Made by a program: the position numbers and the translations under genes
The notes under the pieces: model-generated
The model's input: the letters and a program-made list of their open reading frames with translations, nothing else
Told to the model about the DNA's origin: nothing
Databases searched by the model: none
Part shown: piece by piece, positions 56,644-64,000 of the stretch
Numbering within the stretch: position 1 is the stretch's first letter
Layout of the letters: every line of letters begins with the position of its first letter
Source of the DNA: Candidatus Multivorans thiocomprendens
GTDB taxonomy: Bacteria; Acidobacteriota; Thermoanaerobaculia; Multivoradales; Multivoraceae
Assembly: GCA_027493375.1 (NCBI GenBank)
Contig: JAPVWO010000250.1
Location: forward strand, 1,743 to 65,742
Reading direction: 5' to 3'
Length of the DNA stretch: 64,000 nucleotides

Positions 56644-58404
56644 GTGCAATACAGGTCTATCTCACCATGCAAGAAGCCCGCCGTCGATCTCCTTCGGTTT
56701 CGGGGGCCGACCATCGTCCCCGTGCTGGTCGCGGCAATCGCCCTGGCGCTCTCCGGTTGCCGCGGTATCGACGCCCCGCCCCGGCCCGACATCGTCCTCA
56801 TCATGGCGGACGACATGGGCTTCTCCGACCTGGGCAGCTACGGCGGCGAGATCGGAACTCCGCACCTCGATCGCCTGGCCGCCAACGGCCTGCGCTTCAG
56901 CCACTTCTACAACACGGCCCGCTGCTGCCCGACCCGCGCGTCCCTGCTGACCGGCCTGTATGCGCACCAGGCCGGCGTCGGCCACATGATGGGCGACGAC
57001 GGGCTGCCCGGATACCGCGGCGATCTCGCCGCCAACGCGGTGACGATCGCCGAGGCGCTCAGGGAGGCCGGCTACGGCACCTACATGTCGGGGAAGTGGC
57101 ACGTCACGCGCCACGTGGGCCACTGGAGCGGCAACGACGAACTCACCTCGACCCGCAACTGGCCGCGGCAACGCGGCTTCGACCGCTTCTACGGCACGAT
57201 CCACGGTGCCGGCAGCTTCTACGACCCGATCTCCCTCACCGAGGACAACGAACCCGTCGAACTCACGCCGCCTGACGACCCGGCGGCCCCCGTCTACTAC
57301 TACACGGACGCAATCTCCGAGTACGCGGCGCGCTTCGTGCGTGACCACGCGGAGGGAGAACGCAGCGACGATCCGTTCTTCCTCTACGTGGCCCACACCG
57401 CGCCCCACTGGCCGCTGCACGCGCTGCCGGAGGACATCGCCCGCTACCGGGGCCGCTACGCCGCCGGCTGGGACGCGATCCGGGCCGAGCGCCGGCAGCG
57501 GCTGATCGAACTCGGGCTGATCGACGCCGCCTGGCCGCTTACCGAGCGCGACCCGCGCGTACCCGCCTGGGCGGATGTTCCCGGCGAGGAACGGCCCTGG
57601 TTCGAGCGCGCGATGGAGGTCTATGCCGCCCAGGTCGACCGCATGGATCGGGGCATTGGCGAGGTCGTCGCGGCGCTGGAGGAGACCGGCCGTCTCGACA
57701 ACACGCTGATCCTGTTCCTGGCCGACAACGGCGGTTGCGCCGAGGTTCTGACGGAACGGTGGACCGGCCTCGCGATCCCGCGTCAAGCCCTCGACGGCAG
57801 CCCGGTGGCGGTCGGCAACGACCTGAGCGTGCTGCCCGGACCGGAGTCGAGCTACCAGAGCTACGGCCCCCACTGGGCCCACGCCAGCAACACCCCGTTC
57901 CGCCTCTACAAGCACTGGGTCCACGAAGGGGGCATCGCTTCCCCGCTGATCGTCCACTGGCCGGCCCGGATCGCCGACGGCGGCGACATCGTGCGCGAAA
58001 CCGCCCACGTCATCGACCTGATGGCGACGGCGCTCGACGCCGCCGGCGCCGTCCACCCCGCGAGTCGCGCCGGCAGCGTCTCGATCCCGGTCGAGGGCGT
58101 AAGCCTGCTGCCGGCGTTCGAGGCGCGTCCGCTCGACCGCGAGGCGGTGTTCTGGGAGCACGAAGGCAACCGGGCGGTCCGCTCCGGCAAGTGGAAGCTG
58201 GTGTCCCGATACCCCGGCGAGTGGGAGCTCTACGACGTGCTCGCCGACCGCACGGAAGCCAACGATCTGGCGCTGGTGGAACCGGAACGGGTCGCCGCGC
58301 TCGCCGCGCTCTGGAACGACTGGGCCGCTCGCACCGGCGTGGTCCCCTGGGACGAGATTCGTGAGCGCCGGCAGGTCGCCCGCGTGTTACGCTCCGGGCC
58401 ATGA
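56644..58404 (+). CDS. Arylsulfatase (Cys-type, formylglycine-dependent), lipoprotein
   Basis: IVLIMADDMGFSDLGSYGG and the CCPTRASLLTG (C-x-P-x-R) motif are present. Lipobox ALALSGC. The ORF has no ATG upstream of the signal peptide, so I chose the GTG at 56644. Confidence 0.85.
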   Translation: MQYRSISPCKKPAVDLLRFRGPTIVPVLVAAIALALSGCRGIDAPPRPDIVLIMADDMGFSDLGSYGGEIGTPHLDRLAANGLRFSHFYNTARCCPTRASLLTGLYAHQAGVGHMMGDDGLPGYRGDLAANAVTIAEALREAGYGTYMSGKWHVTRHVGHWSGNDELTSTRNWPRQRGFDRFYGTIHGAGSFYDPISLTEDNEPVELTPPDDPAAPVYYYTDAISEYAARFVRDHAEGERSDDPFFLYVAHTAPHWPLHALPEDIARYRGRYAAGWDAIRAERRQRLIELGLIDAAWPLTERDPRVPAWADVPGEERPWFERAMEVYAAQVDRMDRGIGEVVAALEETGRLDNTLILFLADNGGCAEVLTERWTGLAIPRQALDGSPVAVGNDLSVLPGPESSYQSYGPHWAHASNTPFRLYKHWVHEGGIASPLIVHWPARIADGGDIVRETAHVIDLMATALDAAGAVHPASRAGSVSIPVEGVSLLPAFEARPLDREAVFWEHEGNRAVRSGKWKLVSRYPGEWELYDVLADRTEANDLALVEPERVAALAALWNDWAARTGVVPWDEIRERRQVARVLRSGP

Positions 58405-59021
58405 AGAAGAGAGCTTTCCTGGCTGGCGCGGCCCTGGTTTGCGCCTCTCCCGCGCTGGCTGCCGACGTGCCGACAACCGCGGAGGAAGTCCGGCCGCTTC
58501 TGGTCGGCAGCGCCGTTCCCGAAGTCGAACTTCCCGCCGCCGACGGCGGCGTCGTCGACCTGGCCGCCGCGGCCAGGGCCCAGCCGACGATTCTCATCTT
58601 CTACCGCGGCGGCTGGTGACCGTACTGCAACACGCAACTGGGTCAGTTGCAGGAGATAGAGCAGGATCTGATCAACCTCGGCTACCAGTTGTTCGCGGTG
58701 TCGCCGGACATCGTCGCGCAACTGCACGCCACCGTCGACAAGAACGAGCTGAACTACCGGCTCCTCTCGGACCGGGGCATGGCGGCCTCGCAGGCCTTCG
58801 GCATCGCCTTCCGCGACGAGGAGATGGTGCGGACCTACCGGGAGAGCTATCAGCTCGACCTGGAGGAGTACGCCGGGGACGATCACCACATGCTGCCGGT
58901 GCCCGCGGTCTTCGTACTCGACACGGACGGCCGGGTCGCCTTCCACTACGTGAACCCGGACTACAGGGTCCGTCTCCCGGAGACGGTTCTGCTCGAGGCC
59001 GCGAAGGCGGCCCTCAAGTAG
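58401..59021 (+). CDS. Peroxiredoxin-like (AhpC/TSA, PRX_like) thiol-disulfide oxidoreductase, predicted selenoprotein; TGA at 58617-58619 read as Sec
   Basis: ORFs 58401-58619 and 58647-59021 are in the same frame and are separated only by one TGA. The joined translation gives FYRGGW-U-PYCN, where homologues have FYRGxWCPxC. There is a signal peptide. A hairpin lies downstream of the TGA. Confidence 0.7.
58625..58652 (+). other. SECIS-like stem-loop downstream of the in-frame TGA
   Basis: ctgcaac (58625-58631) pairs with gttgcag (58646-58652). An alternative tighter hairpin pairs gcaac (58634-58638) with gttgc (58646-58650) around the loop tgggtca, starting 14 nt after the TGA. That loop contains GGGU. 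Confidence 0.45.
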
Positions 59022-59031
59022 GTACCGCCAG

Positions 59032-59056
59032 CGGCCGCCGAGCTCGCCGGCGGCCG
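59032..59056 (+). terminator. GC-rich hairpin after the selenoprotein gene
   Basis: cggccgccg-agctcgc-cggcggccg forms a 9-bp perfect stem. It begins 10 nt after the stop and has no U-tract. It may be a terminator/attenuator or an mRNA stabiliser. Confidence 0.3.
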
Positions 59057-59064
59057 ACCGCGTA

Positions 59065-60378
59065 GTGGATTCGAACCGACAGGCGCTGGCGCGCAACGAT
59101 CCCGCGGTCTGGGCCGCGATAGCCGGCGAGGAGGAGCGCGAGCGGCGCGGCGTCGAGCTCATCCCCTCCGAGAACTACACGTATCCCGAGGTGTTCGCGG
59201 CGAACGGCTCGGTGCTGACGAACAAGTACGCGGAGGGCTATCCCGGCCGCAGGTACTACGGCGGCCAGGAGTTCACGGACGCGGTCGAGCGGCTGGCGAT
59301 CGAGCGCGCTCGCAGGGTGTTCCGGGCCGAGCACGCGAACGTTCAGGCGCTCTCCGGCTCGCCGATGAACCAGGCCGTCTACTTCGCCTTCCTGGATCCG
59401 GGCGACACCGTGCTGGCGATGGACCTGTCGCACGGCGGGCACCTCACCCACGGCGCGCCCGTCTCCCACATGGGCCGGGTTTTCAACTTCATCCGCTACC
59501 GGACCGACCCGGCCAACGAGGGCGCGATCGACTTCGACGCCCTGCTCGCCCAGGCCCGCGAGCACCGGCCGAAGATGATCCTCTGCGGCTACTCGTCCTA
59601 CCCGCGGGACTACGACTACCGCGAGTTCAAGCGGGTCGCCGACGACGTGGGGGCGCTGACGATGGCCGACGTCTCCCACATCGGCGGCCTGATCGCCGGC
59701 AACGCGATGGCCAACCCGCTCGACCACGGCTTCGACGTGATGACGACGACCGGTCACAAGACCCTGCGCGGGCCTCGCAGCGGCCTCATCCTCTGCCGCG
59801 CGGAACACCGCCTGAAGATCGACAAGGCGGTCTTCCCGGGCCTTCAGGGCGGCCCCCACATGAACGCCATCGCCGCCTTGGCCATCACCCTCGGCAAGGC
59901 GCTCGAACCCGAGTTCGCCGTCTACGCGCGGCAGGTCCTTTCGAACGCGAAGGTGCTGGCGGACGAGCTGATGAGCCGCGGCGCCGAACTGGTCACCGGC
60001 GGCACCGAGAACCACATGATGGTGCTGGACACGCGGGAGAGCTTCGGTATCGACGGCCGGGTCGCCGAAGAGACGCTGGACAAGGTCTCGATCACGGTCA
60101 ACAAGCAGTTGATCCCAGACGATCCGCTGCCGCCTCTGCGACCCAGCGGCATCCGCCTCGGCAGCCCTGCCGCCACCACCCGCGGCATGGAAGAGGCGGA
60201 AATGAAGCTGCTCGCCGAGTGGATCATGGACGCGCTGCGGCGCCACCGCGACGAGGAGCGGCTCGACGCCATGCGCCAGGACATCGAGCGCTTCTGCCTG
60301 CGCTTTCCCGTGCCCGGCGTGACCCCGCCGGACGCCGGCGCCGCCAGCCCCCGACGATCAAGCGCCGCCAGACCCTGA
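59065..60378 (+). CDS. glyA: Serine hydroxymethyltransferase
   Basis: ELIPSENYT, TNKYAEGYPGRRYYGG, SHGGHLTHG and TTTGHKTLRGPRSG (PLP lysine) are present. GTG start. Confidence 0.95.
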   Translation: MDSNRQALARNDPAVWAAIAGEEERERRGVELIPSENYTYPEVFAANGSVLTNKYAEGYPGRRYYGGQEFTDAVERLAIERARRVFRAEHANVQALSGSPMNQAVYFAFLDPGDTVLAMDLSHGGHLTHGAPVSHMGRVFNFIRYRTDPANEGAIDFDALLAQAREHRPKMILCGYSSYPRDYDYREFKRVADDVGALTMADVSHIGGLIAGNAMANPLDHGFDVMTTTGHKTLRGPRSGLILCRAEHRLKIDKAVFPGLQGGPHMNAIAALAITLGKALEPEFAVYARQVLSNAKVLADELMSRGAELVTGGTENHMMVLDTRESFGIDGRVAEETLDKVSITVNKQLIPDDPLPPLRPSGIRLGSPAATTRGMEEAEMKLLAEWIMDALRRHRDEERLDAMRQDIERFCLRFPVPGVTPPDAGAASPRRSSAARP

Positions 60379-60407
60379 ACACCAGACGCAAGAGGCTGAA
60401 GAACGAG

Positions 60408-61265
60408 ATGGTTTCCGAACACGACGACCACGCGATCCGCCACGAGCTCGAGGACGGCGTCCTCACGATCACGCTGAACCGGCCCGAGCGTCTCAACGCC
60501 TTCAACGGCCAGATGATGGCGGAGATGATGGACGCCTTCGACCGCGCGGACGCGGACGACGACGTCCGCGCCATTGTCGTCACCGGCGAAGGGCGGGGTT
60601 TCTGCGCCGGCGCCGACCTGTCCTCCGGCGGCGACACCTTCGCCCGTTCCAACGCCGAGCTCGACGACTACCGGGACGGCGGCGGCGTCCTGTCGCTGCG
60701 GATCTACGATCTCCGCAAGCCGATCATCGCCGCGATCAACGGCCCGGCGGTCGGAGTCGGCATCACGATGACCCTGCCGATGGACGTTCGCCTCGCCTCG
60801 ACCGAGGCGCGGATGGGCTTCGTCTTCGTTCGCCGGGGCATGGTGCCCGAGGCCTGCAGCAGCTACTTCCTGCCCCGCCTGGTCGGCATGGGCCGGGCCT
60901 CCGAGTGGACGCTGACCGGCCGGGTCTTTCGCGCCCCGGAGGCGCTCGAAGCCGGCCTCGTCAGCCGCGTTCTTCCTCCTGACGAACTTCTTCCCGCGGC
61001 GCGCGAGCTGGCCACGGAGATCGCCGCCAACACCTCGCCGGTTTCGGTCGCGATCACGCGGCACATGCTGTGGAAGGGGCTCGATGCCGAGTCGCCGATG
61101 GCGGCGCACCGGGTGGAGTCGAAGGGCATCTACACACGCGGCAGGAGTGACGACGCGAGGGAAGGCGTGACATCCTTCCTCGAGAAGCGCCCGGCAGAGT
61201 TCCCGTTGAAGGTCAGTTCCGACATGCCGTCCTACTTCCCCTGGTGGGAGGACGAACCGTTCTAG
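60408..61265 (+). CDS. Enoyl-CoA hydratase/isomerase (crotonase) family protein
   Basis: Start trimmed to the ATG at 60408. LNRPERLNAF, VVTGEGRGFCAGADL and KPIIAAINGPAVGVG are present. Confidence 0.9.
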   Translation: MVSEHDDHAIRHELEDGVLTITLNRPERLNAFNGQMMAEMMDAFDRADADDDVRAIVVTGEGRGFCAGADLSSGGDTFARSNAELDDYRDGGGVLSLRIYDLRKPIIAAINGPAVGVGITMTLPMDVRLASTEARMGFVFVRRGMVPEACSSYFLPRLVGMGRASEWTLTGRVFRAPEALEAGLVSRVLPPDELLPAARELATEIAANTSPVSVAITRHMLWKGLDAESPMAAHRVESKGIYTRGRSDDAREGVTSFLEKRPAEFPLKVSSDMPSYFPWWEDEPF

Positions 61266-62590
61266 GTCCTGGCGGCAGCGGATCGCAGCCTGCCGCCCGC
61301 CGCGGAGCGGTGGCGTCCTGGTGTCTCTACGACTGGGCCAACTCCGCCTTCACCACCCTGGTGGTGACCTTCGTCTACGCCACCTACTTCTCGCAGACGT
61401 TCGCCGAGGACGCGGATCGCGGCACCGCCCTGTGGTCGCGCGGGATCACGATCAGTTCCCTGATCATCGCCATCATCTCGCCGCTGCTGGGAGCGATGGC
61501 CGACCGCTCGGGCCTCAGGCGCCGCTTCCTGGCCGCCGCCACCCTGGTTTCGGTCGCCGCCACCGCCTGGCTGACCTTCATCGTCCCGGGAACCGGCAAC
61601 GCCGTTCTCTCGGCACTGACGCTGTTCGTCATCGCGAACGTCGGTTTCGAGGTCGGCATGGTCTTCTACAACGCCTTCCTGCCCCAGTTGTCGACGCCCC
61701 GAACGATCGGACGGATCTCGGGCTACGCGTGGGGGCTCGGCTACGCGGGAGGGCTCGTCTGCCTCGTGGTCGCTCTGCTCGGGCTGATCGGTCTCGGCGA
61801 GGGTGCGCCCTGGTTCCCGCTCAGCACGGAAGACGGCTTCAACGTCCGTGCCTCGAACCTGCTCGTGGCCGGCTGGTTCCTGGTCTTCAGCCTGCCGGCG
61901 CTCATCCTGCTGCGCGACGAAGCAACGCCTCGCAGCGACGCATCCACACCCGGCGCGATCGCATCCGTGCGCGGCGCCTTCCGGGACCTCGGCCGCACGC
62001 TGACCCGGATCCGTGATTTCCGGGACATCGTCCGCTTCCTCATCGCGCGCCTGATCTACAACGACGGCCTGATCACCGTGTTCGCCTTCGGCGGCGTCTA
62101 CGCCGCGGGCACCTTCGGCATGGACACGGCGGAGGTGATCGTGTTCGGCATCGCCCTCAACGTCGCGGCCGGACTGGGCGCGTTCCTGTTCGGGCTCGTC
62201 GACGACCGCCTGGGCGGGCGCACCACCGTGCTCTGGAGCCTGGTCGGCCTGTTCGTCTGCTCCCTGGTCGCGGTCGCGGCGCCCAACAAGGCCTGGTTCT
62301 GGGGCGCGGCGCTCGTGCTGGGCCTGTTCATGGGCCCGAACCAGTCCGCGAGCCGGTCGCTCATGGGCCGATTCGCGCCCAAGCGCTACGAGTCCGAGTT
62401 CTTCGGCTTCTTCGCCTTCTCGGGCAAGGCGACGGCCTTCCTCGGGCCGCTGCTGCTGGGCCTCATCACCGCCGGCTACGGGCAGCGCGCCGGCATCGGC
62501 GTCGTCCTGGTGTTCTTCCTGGTCGGCGGTCTGCTGCTGCTCCGGGTCGACGAGGCGCGGGGCATCGAACGAGCGGCGCGCAGCGCCTGA
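61244..62590 (+). CDS. MFS transporter, UMF1/Atg22-like family
   Basis: SWCLYDWANSAFTT is the family N-terminal signature. There are 12 TM segments. The start is uncertain: the GTG at 61244 overlaps the previous gene by 22 nt, and the GTG at 61310 is the alternative. Confidence 0.8.
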   Translation: MGGRTVLGPGGSGSQPAARRGAVASWCLYDWANSAFTTLVVTFVYATYFSQTFAEDADRGTALWSRGITISSLIIAIISPLLGAMADRSGLRRRFLAAATLVSVAATAWLTFIVPGTGNAVLSALTLFVIANVGFEVGMVFYNAFLPQLSTPRTIGRISGYAWGLGYAGGLVCLVVALLGLIGLGEGAPWFPLSTEDGFNVRASNLLVAGWFLVFSLPALILLRDEATPRSDASTPGAIASVRGAFRDLGRTLTRIRDFRDIVRFLIARLIYNDGLITVFAFGGVYAAGTFGMDTAEVIVFGIALNVAAGLGAFLFGLVDDRLGGRTTVLWSLVGLFVCSLVAVAAPNKAWFWGAALVLGLFMGPNQSASRSLMGRFAPKRYESEFFGFFAFSGKATAFLGPLLLGLITAGYGQRAGIGVVLVFFLVGGLLLLRVDEARGIERAARSA

Positions 62591-62637
62591 CGGGTCAACA
62601 ATGGACTCCGGATCGACGTAGAAGAAAGGGAGGAGCG

Positions 62638-63225
62638 ATGGAGGCAGTCAGCGACTGGTGGGGCTCCCTGGAGGGGGCTTACCGCGTTTTCTACGCGCTG
62701 GGGATCGTCTCCGCCCTGGCCCTGCTCGTTCAGGTCATCCTCACCGTCTTCGGACTCGACGACATCTTCGACGCGGCGGACGGCGACGGCGTATCCCTGC
62801 TCTCGCTGCGCACCGTGAGCGGCTTCCTCGCCGGCTTCGGCTGGACGGGTGTCGTGATGATCCGAGCCGGCTACTCCACCCTGGCCGCCTCGATCGGCGG
62901 CACGGTCGTCGGCCTGCTCTTCGCCGGCATCCTGTTCGGCGTCATGCGCGTCCTGATGGGGCTTCGCCACAGCGGCACGATCGACTACAGGAACGCCGTC
63001 GGCGTAGCCGGCAAGGTCTACGCGCCGATCGGCGCCAGCCTCGAGAAGCCCGGCCAGGTCGAAATTCTGGTCCAGGGCCGCCTGCGGACGGTCGCCGCGA
63101 TGACACGGCACGACCAGGACCTGCCGACTCTCGCCCGCATCCGCGTGGTCGACCTCCTCGATCAGAACACCCTGCTCGTCGCTCCACTCGACGCGGAGGC
63201 CGACGACCCGAAAGAAACCGAATAG
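62638..63225 (+). CDS. NfeD/YqiJ-like membrane protein with a C-terminal OB-fold
   Basis: The N-terminal half has TM segments. The C-terminus GVAGKVYAPIG...GQVEILVQGRLRTVAAMT is an NfeD-type beta-barrel. It lies immediately upstream of a flotillin gene, like the yqiJ-yqiK arrangement. Confidence 0.65.
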   Translation: MEAVSDWWGSLEGAYRVFYALGIVSALALLVQVILTVFGLDDIFDAADGDGVSLLSLRTVSGFLAGFGWTGVVMIRAGYSTLAASIGGTVVGLLFAGILFGVMRVLMGLRHSGTIDYRNAVGVAGKVYAPIGASLEKPGQVEILVQGRLRTVAAMTRHDQDLPTLARIRVVDLLDQNTLLVAPLDAEADDPKETE

Positions 63226-63250
63226 CAGTAGCAGCTAGGAGAATCCAACC

Positions 63251-64000
63251 GTGGACCTGATCATCCTCATCCTGTCCGCCCTGGCGGCCGTCCTCATCCT
63301 CGTCTTCGCGCTCTCGAGTCGATACCGGCGCTGCCCCTCCGACCGCATCCTGGTGGTCTACGGCAAGATCGGCGGCTCCGGCTCTGCCAAGTGCTACCAC
63401 GGCGGCGCGGCGTTCATCGTCCCGATCCTGCAGGCGCATCAGTTCCTCGATCTCGAACCGATGACGATGGACATCAACCTGACCGGCGCGCTCTCGAAGC
63501 AGAACATCCGGGTCAACTGCCCGTCGACGTTCACGGTCGGCATCTCGACCGAGGCCGGGGTGATGGAGAACGCCGCCGAGCGCCTGCTGGGCATGCGGAT
63601 GGAGCGCGTCTCCGCGCTCGCCCGCGACATCATCTTCGGCCAGATGCGCGTCGTCCTGGCGACGATGCCCATCGAGGAGATCAACGCCGACCGCGACAAG
63701 CTGATCGAGAACATCTCGAACGGCGTCGAAGTCGAGCTGAAGAAGGTCGGCCTGCGGCTGATCAACGTGAACATCCAGGACATCACCGACGAGTCCGGCT
63801 ACATCGACGCGCTCGGCAAGGAGGCCGCGGCGCGGGCGATCAACGAGGCGAAGGTCAAGGTCGCCGAGCAGGAGCGCGACGGTGAGGTCGGCGCCGCCGC
63901 GGCGGAGCGCGACCGGCGCATCCAGGTCGCCGAGGCCCGGGCGACGGCTCAGGAGGGCGAGAACGAATCCGCGGTGCGGGTGGCCCAGTCCGACTCAAGT
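63251..64000 (+). CDS. Flotillin / SPFH (band 7) family protein, N-terminal fragment (runs off the window end)
   Basis: I translated frame 2 from the GTG at 63251: MDLIILILSALAAVLILVF...RCPSDRILVVYGK...FTVGISTE...INADRDKLIENISNGVEVELKKVGLRLINVNIQDITDESGYIDALGKEAAARA... There is no stop before 64000. Confidence 0.85.
   Translation, partial: MDLIILILSALAAVLILVFALSSRYRRCPSDRILVVYGKIGGSGSAKCYHGGAAFIVPILQAHQFLDLEPMTMDINLTGALSKQNIRVNCPSTFTVGISTEAGVMENAAERLLGMRMERVSALARDIIFGQMRVVLATMPIEEINADRDKLIENISNGVEVELKKVGLRLINVNIQDITDESGYIDALGKEAAARAINEAKVKVAEQERDGEVGAAAAERDRRIQVAEARATAQEGENESAVRVAQSDSS

Noticed and set aside
58617-58619. The TGA splitting the peroxiredoxin-like gene, interpreted as a pseudogene-forming nonsense mutation.
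   Set aside because: The stop falls exactly on the first redox Cys of the FYRGxWCPxC motif. The frame is otherwise intact on both sides, and a hairpin follows at SECIS distance. Selenocysteine is the more parsimonious reading, although it remains unverified without the sel genes.

Overview
This is a high-GC (roughly 68-70% by eye) bacterial chromosomal segment that is densely coding, with about 58 protein genes. Many genes are translationally coupled through ATGA, GTGA or TGATG stop/start overlaps. I found no rRNA, tRNA, CRISPR array, transposase or integrase. All calls come from reading the six-frame translations for motifs; no database search was run.

Gene content from left to right:
- 0.5-4.3 kb: a catabolic trio of a GPH-type MFS transporter, a Rieske oxygenase and a luciferase-like oxidoreductase.
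- 4.3-17.2 kb, minus strand: an 11-gene, tightly coupled array. It joins a circularly permuted ATP-grasp / alpha-E / transglutaminase triad to a STAS / REC-PP2C / RsbW-like partner-switching module. A solute-binding protein plus HAMP histidine kinase and a YbbAP/MacAB-like exporter with its adaptor follow.
- 17.4-23.7 kb: an orphan pilin-like gene, a NIPSNAP protein, an epoxide-hydrolase-like protein, a cytochrome c'-like protein, a beta-helix protein with an SO_2930-type diheme cytochrome, and an SCO copper chaperone.
- 23.7-33.5 kb: an unusual respiratory operon. Alternative-complex-III subunits ActA, ActB and an ActE-like cytochrome are present, but no NrfD-type ActC/ActF. Instead there is a Q-loop-less cytochrome bd-like membrane protein, two extra monoheme c cytochromes and a diheme-c/EB_dh protein carrying an acidic DDFFG repeat insert.
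- 33.6-42.8 kb: three different proteins carrying PCP_red (BchB C-terminal-like) domains. These are a double-USP protein, a zinc-ribbon protein and a NirJ/AhbD-like radical SAM/SPASM enzyme. An Mrp/NBP35 ATPase, an MFS transporter, a GNAT and an FGE-fold protein are also here.
- Two lower-GC islets flank that block. Each encodes a hypothetical protein followed by a roughly 35-aa transmembrane peptide.
- 43.7-64 kb: housekeeping and accessory genes. They include metG, an ECF sigma operon, glyA, a gshA-like ligase, an SDR, a crotonase, a 1200-aa metzincin with fibronectin type III (FN3) modules, a Cys-type arylsulfatase and a flotillin pair.
- 58,401-59,021: a peroxiredoxin-like gene that the ORF track splits at an in-frame TGA. 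The TGA sits at the redox Cys position and has a downstream hairpin, so I read it as a predicted selenoprotein.

The most interesting candidates are the ACIII/bd-like hybrid cluster with its possible tetrapyrrole-maturation neighbourhood, the 11-gene ATP-grasp/partner-switch/exporter array, and the selenoprotein.
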